From a bacterium (GTDB lineage Bacteria > SM23-31), in assembly GCA_965249485.1 (NCBI GenBank), contig OZ252239.1, positions 3,584,001 to 3,648,000 of the forward strand: 64,000 nt of DNA, in the 5' to 3' direction. The notes beneath the pieces are model-generated. The model did no database searches. It was not told the DNA's origin and was given only the letters and a program-made list of their open reading frames with translations. Position 1 is the stretch's first letter. Each line of letters opens with the position of its first letter. A program made the translations under genes and the position numbers. This document shows positions 1-9,077 of the stretch, one piece after another.

Positions 1-1
1 G

Positions 2-1018
2 GATACATACAGAACAGCTATTGAGGCGGCATGTCAAGAATGCCGTAAAAATGGTATTACGGGTTTACATGATATTACCCTTCCCGTTCATATCCCCCAT
101 ATCCAGAATTCAGCTGAACAGGATTGGTTTACCCTTCGGATGATACTCCATCCACCACTGAAGCAGTGTAAAGAAGTCATAAAAAATTATGCCTCCTTAT
201 ATTCTAATAATAGCTTATTACGGATTGGCGGATTTAAGGCATTCTCCGACGGTTCACTCGGATCGAGTACTGCCCTCTTTCTGGACCCCTATTCTGATAA
301 TCCTTCAAGCTGTGGTATTCCGCATGAGGAGATGCTTCCCGCACCAGGTAATGATTTGAGCAGAGGCGCACTCTACCGTGATGGAAAAATAGCCGATTCT
401 GAGGGATATAATTTATTCATCCACGCAATTGGCGACCGTGCTAACCGCACGGTTCTTGATGTATTCGAGCACATTACTCAGGATAATAAAAAACGGGACC
501 GTCGCTGGCGGATTGAGCATGCACAGCATATCCATCCGGATGATTTTCAGCGGTTTAGAGAATTAGATGTAATTGCATCGGTACAACCGTACCACTGTAT
601 CGACGATGCACGTTTTTGTGAGCGTCGTATCGGGAGGGAACGCTGCAAAAACAGTTTCGCTTTTAAATCTTTGTTAGACTATGGAGTTCGTCTGGTGTTC
701 GGATCGGATTGGACAGTTGCTCCACTCAACCCCCTGCTTGGTATCGATGCGGCTGTAAACCGTATTCCGATCGGCGAACGTCATTCCTGGTACCCGGAGC
801 AACGAATTAGTCTTGAAGAAGCACTCAAAGCTTACACCGTTAATCCGGTTTATTCTGCTTATAGCGAGAATGTACAGGGCTCGATTTCTCCCGGAAAAAC
901 CGCAGACTGTGTCGTTCTTTCCGAAAATCTGTTTACCATTCCACTGGAACACATCAAAAATGTCCGTGTAGTATCCACAATTTTCAATGGCAAAATCGTG
1001 CACAGTAGTGGAAATTAA
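2..1018 (+). CDS. Amidohydrolase family 3 (YtcJ-like) metal-dependent hydrolase, 5' end outside the window
   Basis: Frame is open from base 2 (…KNGITGLHDI…) into ORF 140..1018. Motifs KAFSDGSLGS, IHAIGDRAN, RIEHAQH, FGSDW, PGKTADCVVL. Confidence 0.85.
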   Translation, partial: DTYRTAIEAACQECRKNGITGLHDITLPVHIPHIQNSAEQDWFTLRMILHPPLKQCKEVIKNYASLYSNNSLLRIGGFKAFSDGSLGSSTALFLDPYSDNPSSCGIPHEEMLPAPGNDLSRGALYRDGKIADSEGYNLFIHAIGDRANRTVLDVFEHITQDNKKRDRRWRIEHAQHIHPDDFQRFRELDVIASVQPYHCIDDARFCERRIGRERCKNSFAFKSLLDYGVRLVFGSDWTVAPLNPLLGIDAAVNRIPIGERHSWYPEQRISLEEALKAYTVNPVYSAYSENVQGSISPGKTADCVVLSENLFTIPLEHIKNVRVVSTIFNGKIVHSSGN

Positions 1019-1036
1019 ATAGTAATCTGAAATGAA

Positions 1037-1204
1037 TTAAAATCGAAAAATCACTTTAAGTGTGGGGTAGAGAAGCAGTAAAATCAAGAGTAGGATAAGG
1101 GGAAGTTTGTAGGAGATACGGGACTGTGGAAATTCATAGCGGCAATATGGACAGGTGCTCTCGTCTTTATCAACCTCAAGAGCGCATGATGGGCATTCTT
1201 TCAT
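1037..1204 (-). CDS. Small zinc-ribbon membrane protein (55 aa), absent from the ORF track
   Basis: Manual translation MKECPSCALEVDKDESTCPYCRYEFPQSRISYKLPLILLLILLLLYPTLKVIFRF*: two CxxC pairs plus a C-terminal hydrophobic helix. Confidence 0.75.
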   Translation of the reverse strand: MKECPSCALEVDKDESTCPYCRYEFPQSRISYKLPLILLLILLLLYPTLKVIFRF

Positions 1205-1373
1205 TGGGGATTAGTATGTAATATTAAATGTAACTATCAATCAGAAACTACGACAACATCCTCTCTAAAATAATCGAAGGACACTTCACAATGACGGAAG
1301 CTTAATGAGTTAATGTAAACAAGCTGTCTCTCTTTTCAGAATACGGGATGATATTTATTTACAACACCCAACA

Positions 1374-1892
1374 TCACTGCTGGTCATTTACATTCGTCAC
1401 ACTGTCAGTATTGCCGTAACGGCCGACGACAATAAAATCGTCATCCTTCCAATCCTCCTGTGGAAATGCTTCACTGAGACTCCCGTCCTCTTTTCGGAAG
1501 ACGAGCCGTTCAATTCCCGAATTAATAATCATCCGGAGGCAGATTACACAGGGAAATGCTTCAACAAAACTGCCATCGGGGTTTTCACCGACAAGATACA
1601 AAGTACCACCAATCATCTCCCGGCGTGCAGCTTGAATCATTGCATTCTGCTCGGCATGTACCGAGCGGCATAATTCATAATTTTTCCCGTGAGCTATATT
1701 ATTTTGTTTCCGCCAGCAGAAGCCGTGTTCGATTGAAGATTTGACTTTTCGCGGAGCACCGTTGTAGCCGGTTGCAACTATTTCATCTTTATTGACAATT
1801 ACCGCACCGAAATGGCGCCGGAGGCAGGTCGACCGATCAAAGGTGTTTTCAGCAATTTTAATGTAATATTCATCTTTACTCACTCTGTCCAT
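1374..1892 (-). CDS. dCMP deaminase (ComEB/deoxycytidylate deaminase family)
   Basis: RSTCLRRHFGAVIV, TGYNGAP, HAEQNA, PCVIC zinc-binding deaminase motifs. Confidence 0.9.
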   Translation of the reverse strand: MDRVSKDEYYIKIAENTFDRSTCLRRHFGAVIVNKDEIVATGYNGAPRKVKSSIEHGFCWRKQNNIAHGKNYELCRSVHAEQNAMIQAARREMIGGTLYLVGENPDGSFVEAFPCVICLRMIINSGIERLVFRKEDGSLSEAFPQEDWKDDDFIVVGRYGNTDSVTNVNDQQ

Positions 1893-2553
1893 CAGATAAG
1901 CCTTTCAAATATCTAAAATGGTGCTCCACTTTTCTAAGTAGTTCTTCAATGGTGCCATTATTAAGAAACTCTGTTTCAAATTTCCAGTCGTTGAGGTCAA
2001 TTTCACTTGCATGGTTTGGATCGCGGTCATCGGCAACATAATTGACACGATCAATCTTCCAGACAACCCCTCCCATTTCCTTAATCATTCCTGCTTCATT
2101 TTTGAACCGGGTATCTGGTATTAGAAAATCTTCATCTGGATATTTTTCTATTTCTGAACGGACTTTATCTACCCAGTAATCCCAAGCAATTTGTTTCCGC
2201 CTGAATTCAGTTCCCCAGAATTGAAGAAGAACTGCATCTTTATCTTTCATTCCACCATAATAATAGTCTGCATCAAAAGGCAATTCAGGTTTTTGTTCAC
2301 CTTTTTCTTTGATCCAATATATGATATTTTCATTCGGATGGTCGAATCGAAAAAAATCTTCGCTGTTCGTCTTACAATACAATTCTGCCATGGAATCTTT
2401 ATAAAGAATCGTCGCATTTCTGCACTCTTCATAGAGAGCATCGGCAAAATGGATAACCCGGCATTGAAACAATTCATTCAGATGTTCCGCAGCAGTATCT
2501 TTTCCCTGTCGAGCTTTATGGCCTATCCCAATTATCAATCGTTTATTGGTCAT
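1876..2553 (-). CDS. Phage-type deoxynucleoside monophosphate kinase (T4 gp1-like)
   Basis: IIGIGHKARQGKDT P-loop, FADAL, LQFWGTEFRR, YWVD, PDTRFKNEA, HASE, NNGTIEEL. Start may be 2553, 2604 or 2610; the stop overlaps the deaminase start. Confidence 0.8.
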   Translation of the reverse strand: MTNKRLIIGIGHKARQGKDTAAEHLNELFQCRVIHFADALYEECRNATILYKDSMAELYCKTNSEDFFRFDHPNENIIYWIKEKGEQKPELPFDADYYYGGMKDKDAVLLQFWGTEFRRKQIAWDYWVDKVRSEIEKYPDEDFLIPDTRFKNEAGMIKEMGGVVWKIDRVNYVADDRDPNHASEIDLNDWKFETEFLNNGTIEELLRKVEHHFRYLKGLSDGQSE

Positions 2554-2587
2554 AGTATCTTGTCGTATTAGAACATCTGAGTCAACA

Positions 2588-3610
2588 TTATGATGACCTG
2601 TCATTGGCACCCAATTCCATTAAAAACGATTTGAATTTATCGAGTGAATCAAATGATTGTGTGACGGTAATTTCAGGATCCCAAAATGGGCTCAAACCAA
2701 AATCTTTCGGGTAGTATAAATAGACATCTTTCCCATGAGTGAATGCAAACATGATTTCCTGATTAACACCCGGTGAGTTTTTTTCTACCGGATAGTAAAC
2801 TGCAACAAGATTACTCTGGGAGATTAATTTGAAATCCCTCCAGACAGTAGCGGCTTTAAGCTGTTTTTGAACCTTATTTTGAAGGGTATTCAAACCTCCG
2901 AGATCTTTAATCGAAAGCGGATTAAAAACAATGAAATGTTTCCGTAGTTCAGCTGCGATTGCCTTTGCTTCATCTAAAAGCTCCGGCTGTTCTTCCTGAA
3001 TTGCTGTTATCGGGAAACTCATGTAGATTTTTTTCCGCTCCGGATTCAAGATCATATTGCCGAGACTCAGAATATTTTCACAGGTCGGTATTAGATAAAA
3101 GTCTTTATTCTGAAAAGTTGCGAGAGTTTCGGTAATAAACATTTCTTCATCACGCCATATGATTATCTCTTCAAGGCTCAATCTGTTTGACCATTGCGAA
3201 TCCTGCTTCAGGTTTTCATAAATAGACTGAGCATCATCAACAAAATTTACATAGATATCGGGATTTATCTTGTTAAGATAGTGGACATCAAATCCCGATC
3301 TAAGAAACTTATTCCACCTGAAACAGGCGTGAGTTGCAATGAGCACATGTGTATCCGGATCAGCCTTGAGTAGGCTGTCGATTTCATTACAAATTCGCTC
3401 AAATGCTATTGCACGGAGCGCATCGAGGTTATGCAGATCGAGGACCTTTTCTTTTGTAACTTTCTGCCCAAGATCGGCTCCTGCCCGCGATAAGTAATGC
3501 CACGTATCAAAAATTACTACTTTCTGGCCATGCTTTTCAAGAAAGGGTTTTAGCTCTTCAATAAATGTGAGCTTTTGCATTCCGCTAATACCGGTACAGA
3601 AGATCTTCAT
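2588..3610 (-). CDS. Fusion of an archaeal adenylate-kinase-like P-loop domain and a nucleoside 2-deoxyribosyltransferase/N-glycosidase-like domain
   Basis: N-term KIFCTGISGMQK, IATHACFRW, PDIYVNFVD (AdkA-like pattern). C-term KKIYMSFPIT, VFNP, RDFKLISQSNLVAVY, SPGVNQEIMFAFTHGKDV (NDT-like SxGxxxE). ATG 3610 chosen because a promoter lies at 3651-3679. Confidence 0.6.
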   Translation of the reverse strand: MKIFCTGISGMQKLTFIEELKPFLEKHGQKVVIFDTWHYLSRAGADLGQKVTKEKVLDLHNLDALRAIAFERICNEIDSLLKADPDTHVLIATHACFRWNKFLRSGFDVHYLNKINPDIYVNFVDDAQSIYENLKQDSQWSNRLSLEEIIIWRDEEMFITETLATFQNKDFYLIPTCENILSLGNMILNPERKKIYMSFPITAIQEEQPELLDEAKAIAAELRKHFIVFNPLSIKDLGGLNTLQNKVQKQLKAATVWRDFKLISQSNLVAVYYPVEKNSPGVNQEIMFAFTHGKDVYLYYPKDFGLSPFWDPEITVTQSFDSLDKFKSFLMELGANDRSS

Positions 3611-3650
3611 AATAATAATTTGATTAGGTAATACAAATTGGATAATTTCT

Positions 3651-3679
3651 ATTTTAAAGAAAATTATGGAGAAAGGCAA
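3651..3679 (-). promoter_or_regulatory. Sigma70-like promoter of the kinase-NDT/dNMP kinase/dCMP deaminase operon
   Basis: Minus strand TTGCCT-17 bp-TAAAAT. Confidence 0.5.
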
Positions 3680-3739
3680 CAGGAACTCATAGAGAAATTT
3701 CAAGAATTCGCACTATTGTCACGTACCTGCTGTAAAAAA

Positions 3740-5248
3740 TCAGTCATACTCCCAAGGCTTAAAAATAACATTGTTATCTCGCAAATCGAACAATGACGGA
3801 TATCCCGTTGCCGCAAGGAGTTCTTCGAGTTCATGATTCATATTTTTGACATAATCTTCGACCCGCTGAGCTTTGTCTTCTATAACGAGGCCGCGCTGCA
3901 AGGAACGATCATGAGTCGTAATACCGACCGGACAGATCCCTTGATTGCACTGGAGAGCTTGTATACAGCCGAGCGCAAGCATAAATCCGCGTGCGGTATA
4001 TATTGCATCTACTCCATATGAAAATGCGTTGATCTGCCTGGCGGGATTTATTAGTTTTCCCGATGCAACTAACTTAAACCGGTGTCGTACTCCTTCATCC
4101 TTAAGAATTTTCTTAACATACTCGAGTGCACGGAAGAGAGGTATGCCGACGTAATCCATAAAACTCCGAGGTGCGGCTCCCGTGCCGCCTTCTGCACCAT
4201 CGATAACTATGAAATCTGGAAACCTGTCCTGCCGTTTCATCTCTTGTATAAATCCATCAAATTGTTCGATATTACCGAGGCATAATTTGATACCTACCGG
4301 AAGCTGTGAAACATCCTGCACGTTTGAAAAAAACCGAACGGTGCTTCCAGCATCTTTACATTCCACATGGCACGGTGGCGATATCACATCTTCACCAACC
4401 GGAACTCCTCGAATTTCAGCAATTTCCGGAGTAACCTTATCTCCGGGAAGCATCCCACCTTTTCCGGGTTTTGCTCCTTGAGAAAGTTTCAATTCAACCA
4501 TTTTAACACAATCATGAGCAGCTATCTCTCTCAATTTCTCTTCATTAAGGGAGCCGTCATCATTCCGAACGCCAAATTTAGCTGTACCCATTTGAAAGAT
4601 TATATCAGGGCCTTCCATTAAATGGTATTTTGGAAATCCGCCTTCACCGGTATTCATGGGAATACCCGCCCGCTTTGCTCCCCGCGCAAGCGCCCGTACC
4701 GCATGCTCTCCGAGCGCGCCAAAACTCATAGCACTAATCATGGACGGCTTTGTAATCGTGTAACTATTTTCGATGCCTCGTTCCTGCCCGAATGTGAGCG
4801 AATATTGCTGAAGTTGATCCTTATTTAACGGATAAAGCGAATTCCGGATCATGCCATACCTGAGTCCTTCGAGTGTACCATACGGAGCAGTCGATTCCCG
4901 GTTTTTGGCGTACCGGTAAACCTCCGCACGCTCTCTTCTTGAAAAAGGTTTTTCTTCCGTGTCACTCGCTATCCAGTATTGTCTGAGTTCCGGACCAACA
5001 CTTTCCATAAGGTAGCGCATCGCTCCGAACACACCGAAATTTCTTAGGACAGCATGCCCCTTTTGTACAAATCTATAGTGAATTTCCAATAAGAGAAGGA
5101 GACCGAAAACACCGGTACCGATGAAAAACCAAGGATGGTAGAAAAATCCCAACAATGCAAAGATGATTGAGCCGGCTACGATAGAACGCGAAAAAAACAC
5201 TGCCATGCTCATTAAATCGACCGTAGAACCATCCGTTCGGGTACTCAT
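3740..5248 (-). CDS. FMN-binding glutamate synthase family protein (YerD-like) with N-terminal TM helices
   Basis: ISAMSFGALG, NTGEGG, ELKLSQGAKPGKGG, IDGAEGGTGAAP, CIQALQCNQGICPVG. Confidence 0.9.
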   Translation of the reverse strand: MSTRTDGSTVDLMSMAVFFSRSIVAGSIIFALLGFFYHPWFFIGTGVFGLLLLLEIHYRFVQKGHAVLRNFGVFGAMRYLMESVGPELRQYWIASDTEEKPFSRRERAEVYRYAKNRESTAPYGTLEGLRYGMIRNSLYPLNKDQLQQYSLTFGQERGIENSYTITKPSMISAMSFGALGEHAVRALARGAKRAGIPMNTGEGGFPKYHLMEGPDIIFQMGTAKFGVRNDDGSLNEEKLREIAAHDCVKMVELKLSQGAKPGKGGMLPGDKVTPEIAEIRGVPVGEDVISPPCHVECKDAGSTVRFFSNVQDVSQLPVGIKLCLGNIEQFDGFIQEMKRQDRFPDFIVIDGAEGGTGAAPRSFMDYVGIPLFRALEYVKKILKDEGVRHRFKLVASGKLINPARQINAFSYGVDAIYTARGFMLALGCIQALQCNQGICPVGITTHDRSLQRGLVIEDKAQRVEDYVKNMNHELEELLAATGYPSLFDLRDNNVIFKPWEYD

Positions 5249-5688
5249 AAAGGTATCTCCCTATATTTCGAAATATATTTAAGAAAATTAGTTGATTGTA
5301 TATTCAAAGCAGCGTGAGTTTGATCAAATTCGCATCTTAAAAGGATTCTCACATTCTTGCCAGAGGATCGGAACACTGAATGGCCAAATATCGTATATTA
5401 AATAAATCTACACTTGAAGTGGTAGGAATATACATTTTTTTCTGTTGAATTCAAATATTTTACTCAGATGCAATGCATCACTACTTATCTGAGCTCCGAT
5501 GATTCAATTTATGAGCTCAATGATTAGCTCTGCTGTATTATCAACATCTATCTTGTTAAAATTAATCATAAATAAATCCGGCAGCAAAGACTTCCAAACA
5601 CGGAATAGTTATTTTTCTCTATGACCTATATTGTTATTTTTTCTAATTTTAGTGCCCGTCAACACCATCCGATTCACCTAAAAAAACC

Positions 5689-5717
5689 TTGACTATAAAA
5701 GACAATTTATGTACTTT
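5689..5717 (+). promoter_or_regulatory. Sigma70-like promoter upstream of the aminotransferase-gcvT genes
   Basis: TTGACT-17 bp-TACTTT. Confidence 0.5.
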
Positions 5718-5846
5718 TTTGTGCGTTCGCTTTTGCAAATTAGTGTACCCGTAATCTGGAATTTCTATAAAAGGGAAACAATCCGGTTGGGGATACAAAT
5801 AGTTTTACGATCTGCATCCAATAGTTGATACGAGGAGAATTATATT

Positions 5847-7010
5847 TTGAAATATGCTGAGCGGATGAGCAGACTCGGAACAGAGACGGCTTTTCTCGTT
5901 ATGGCAAAAGCAAAGGCGCTGGAAGCTCAGGGACACGATATTATACACCTCGAGGCAGGTGAACCCGATTTTGACACCCCTGAGTTCATTCGTACCGCCG
6001 GCAAAAGAGCGATCGATGACGGATGGACAAAATACACTCCTGCAAACGGTTTGCTCGATTTCAGAAAAACGGTAGCAGAGGAAGTTTCCCGCACACGAGG
6101 AATTGACGTAGATCCCGAGGGTGTTGTCATTACACCAGGGGCAAAGCCTATCATGTTTTATACGATTCTTGCTCTTGTCGATCACGGTGATGAGGTGATA
6201 TGTCCGAATCCTGGTTTTCCGATTTATGAGTCAATGGTCAATTTCGCGGGTGGAAAACCTGTCCCCCTTCCGCTGCTAGAGTCGAAAGAATTTGCATTTG
6301 ATATCAACGATTTGAAGCGGATAGTATCCGACAAAACCAAAATGATCATCATCAACAGCCCCCATAATCCCACGGGGGGAATGCTTTCGAAAGCTGACTT
6401 TGAGGGGATTGCAGAACTTGCCCAAAAACATGATTGCTGGATTCTTACTGATGAAATCTATATCAAAATTGTTTATGAGGAAGAGTTTGCTAGTATTACT
6501 AGCTGCGAAGGAATGGCAGAGCGGACAATTATTCTTGACGGATTTTCCAAAACCTATTCCATGACAGGATGGCGTCTTGGTTTCGGAGTAATGCCGGTTG
6601 ACCTCGCAAAGGAAATTACGAAACTTCAGATTAATAGCAATTCGTGCACAGCAGGCTTTTCACAGCAAGCAGGAATAGCGGCTCTGACCGGTCCACAGGA
6701 AAAGTCAGAAAAGATGGTTGAAGAATTCAAGAAACGTCGGGACTTTTTTGTTGATGGCTTGAATTCGATAACGGGAATTCGCTGTTTGAAACCAAAGGGA
6801 GCATTTTACGTATTTCCTAATATCGAAGGTACAGGAAAATCGGCGGACGAGCTATCACGAGTGCTCTTAGAAGAAGCGGGTGTTGCAAGTATTTCCGGCT
6901 TGGCATTTGGAGAATATGGAAAAGGATACCTCCGCTTTTCTTTTGTGAATTCGATCGAGAACATCGAAAAAGCCCTTGAGCGAATTCAACAAACTGTTAC
7001 ACGGTTTTAG
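5847..7010 (+). CDS. Class I/II PLP-dependent aminotransferase (aspartate aminotransferase-like)
   Basis: GEPDF, NSPHNPTG, DEIY, GFSKTYSMTGWRLG. TTG start with GAGGAG RBS. Confidence 0.9.
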   Translation: MKYAERMSRLGTETAFLVMAKAKALEAQGHDIIHLEAGEPDFDTPEFIRTAGKRAIDDGWTKYTPANGLLDFRKTVAEEVSRTRGIDVDPEGVVITPGAKPIMFYTILALVDHGDEVICPNPGFPIYESMVNFAGGKPVPLPLLESKEFAFDINDLKRIVSDKTKMIIINSPHNPTGGMLSKADFEGIAELAQKHDCWILTDEIYIKIVYEEEFASITSCEGMAERTIILDGFSKTYSMTGWRLGFGVMPVDLAKEITKLQINSNSCTAGFSQQAGIAALTGPQEKSEKMVEEFKKRRDFFVDGLNSITGIRCLKPKGAFYVFPNIEGTGKSADELSRVLLEEAGVASISGLAFGEYGKGYLRFSFVNSIENIEKALERIQQTVTRF

Positions 7011-7081
7011 TGTTGAGCGGACTAAATCTCAATACTAAAGTACTCCTAAAACGGAAATGACGATGATTATTACGACAAAAA

Positions 7082-8176
7082 TTGAGGGAAACTGTGACAG
7101 AATCACTTAAACAGACAGCACTAAATGACGCTCATACTGGATTAGGTGCAAAGATGGTGGAATTTGCCGGATTCTCTATGCCAATTGTTTACTCAAGTAT
7201 CATCGAAGAACATAAGGCTGTCCGGAATTCTGTAGGACTTTTTGATGTATCACACATGGGCGAATTCAGATTTCGGGGAGATCGCGCTCTAGATTTACTC
7301 CAGAATGTTACCATCAACGATGTTTCCGCACTCGAATTGGGGCAGGCGCAGTATTCCGCAATGTGTTATCCCGATGGCGGAATCATTGACGATATTCTTG
7401 TCTATAAATTCGATGACCACTTTATGATGGTCGTCAATGCTGCAAATGCACAGAAAGATTTTGCCTGGATAACGGACCACATGATTGATGATGTCGACTT
7501 TACGAACATGAGTGACGACATTACACTCGTTGCCGTCCAGGGACCTGAATCCCGTAACCTGCTTCAGACACTCACACCTGTGGATCTTTCGACAATTAAA
7601 TACTACCGGGCTGTTCATGGATCTGTTGCTGATAGAAAGATGATAATTTCCCGGACAGGGTATACGGGCGAACTTGGATTCGAACTTTATATGGATACCG
7701 GTTCATCACTCCATGTGTGGAATACGATAATGGATACTGGGCAGAACTATGACATTCAACCTGCTGGGCTTGGGGCTCGCGACACACTCAGGCTTGAAAA
7801 AATGATGTGCCTCTATGGCAACGATATTACAAAAGATACCAATCCAATCGAGGCTGGTCTCGGATGGATAACGAAACTTGACAAAGGTGATTTTATCGGA
7901 CGTGATGTGCTTGCTTCGGTTAAAGAACAAGGCCCGAAGCGGAGGCTGCGAGGTTTTGAATTGTCCGGTAAAGGTATACCGCGTCATGGTTACACCATTG
8001 TGAAAAACGGAAATGAGATCGGTGAAGTGACAAGTGGTTCATTTTCTCCTTTGCTTTCCAAAGGGATTGGCATAGGTTATGTGCAGAAAGAGTTCACCGA
8101 TATCGGGGCTGAAATTGAGATATCAATCCGGGGAAAAAGTATCCCTGCGACTATTATCAAGCCACCATTTGTTTAA
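7082..8176 (+). CDS. gcvT: Glycine cleavage system aminomethyltransferase T
   Basis: GLFDVSHMGE, SRTGYTGELGFE, GLGARDTLRLE, GEVTSG. Confidence 0.95.
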   Translation: MRETVTESLKQTALNDAHTGLGAKMVEFAGFSMPIVYSSIIEEHKAVRNSVGLFDVSHMGEFRFRGDRALDLLQNVTINDVSALELGQAQYSAMCYPDGGIIDDILVYKFDDHFMMVVNAANAQKDFAWITDHMIDDVDFTNMSDDITLVAVQGPESRNLLQTLTPVDLSTIKYYRAVHGSVADRKMIISRTGYTGELGFELYMDTGSSLHVWNTIMDTGQNYDIQPAGLGARDTLRLEKMMCLYGNDITKDTNPIEAGLGWITKLDKGDFIGRDVLASVKEQGPKRRLRGFELSGKGIPRHGYTIVKNGNEIGEVTSGSFSPLLSKGIGIGYVQKEFTDIGAEIEISIRGKSIPATIIKPPFV

Positions 8177-8194
8177 TATGTGTACGTATTTTGC

Positions 8195-8948
8195 ATGAAA
8201 ATACATGTTTTCATAACACCTGCAGAGATTGACGATAACTATGCGGCACGGCGCCGCTCAACACCATCAGAAAATGATCCGGTGATTGTTATCGATGTTC
8301 TCAGGTCGAGCAGTACCATTTTGAGCGCACTGGCAAACGGGTGCCGGGAGATAATTCCTGTTGAATCTGTCGAACGGGCGCTTTCACTCCACACAGCTCT
8401 TTTTGACACAGGCCTGATGTTGTGCGGAGAACGTGACGGCATGAGAATCAACGGTTTTGACCTCGGAAACTCTCCTGCTGGAATACACCCGTGACAATGT
8501 CGGGGATAAGTCTTTGATTTTTGCCAGCACAAATGGGAGTGTCGCACTTGTTAAACTGCAAAAATGTAAAACCGTATATATTTGCGGATTTCAAAATATG
8601 GAAACTGTAGTGGAGTCAGTTGCCGGATCATCTGAATTCGAGACACTTGACATTATATGTTCCGGTCATAAAAACCAGTTTGCTCTTGAAGATATTGTCT
8701 GTGCCGGAAAACTGATTGAACGGATACATGCGCGATACTCGGGCAACATCGCATTGTCAGACTCGGCACGTTCCGCACATCAGTTGTATATACATAATTC
8801 CGAATCCCTGAAGGATATGATTCGAGAAGTAGATCATGGGCGAGAATTAATTGATATTGGTATGGAACACGATCTCGATATATGCATAGAATTAGATACT
8901 ATACCACTACTTCCAGTTTATGCAGATGGGAAAATTGGATCGATTTAA
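8195..8948 (+). pseudogene. comB: 2-phosphosulfolactate phosphatase (ComB family), frameshifted near 8474-8478
   Basis: VIDVLRSSSTI and GERDG…GFDLGNSP in one frame; LEYT…STNGS and ALEDIVCAG in the +1 frame. One extra base at TCT CCT G CTG GAA. Confidence 0.8.
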
Positions 8949-9077
8949 GCTTGAATTAGTGTATTTGTTAGTTATCCGTGGTAAAATCTGCCGCACATAA
9001 TTCGATCAAAGCTTTTGCCGTTTTCGAGTACAATTTATTGTGTGTACGCTGTTAGCAGCGGCAGTTTGAGGGGTCTC

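Noticed and set aside
1374..3703. Prophage remnant
   Set aside because: No integrase, att-like repeats or structural genes; the flanks are ordinary metabolic genes.
5724..7081. Glycine riboswitch expected upstream of gcvT
   Set aside because: No GGAGA…CCGAAG…CTYTCAGG-type aptamer pattern in either upstream region.
8471..8480. Programmed ribosomal frameshift in comB
   Set aside because: No slippery heptamer or stimulatory structure; a simple one-base insertion is more parsimonious.
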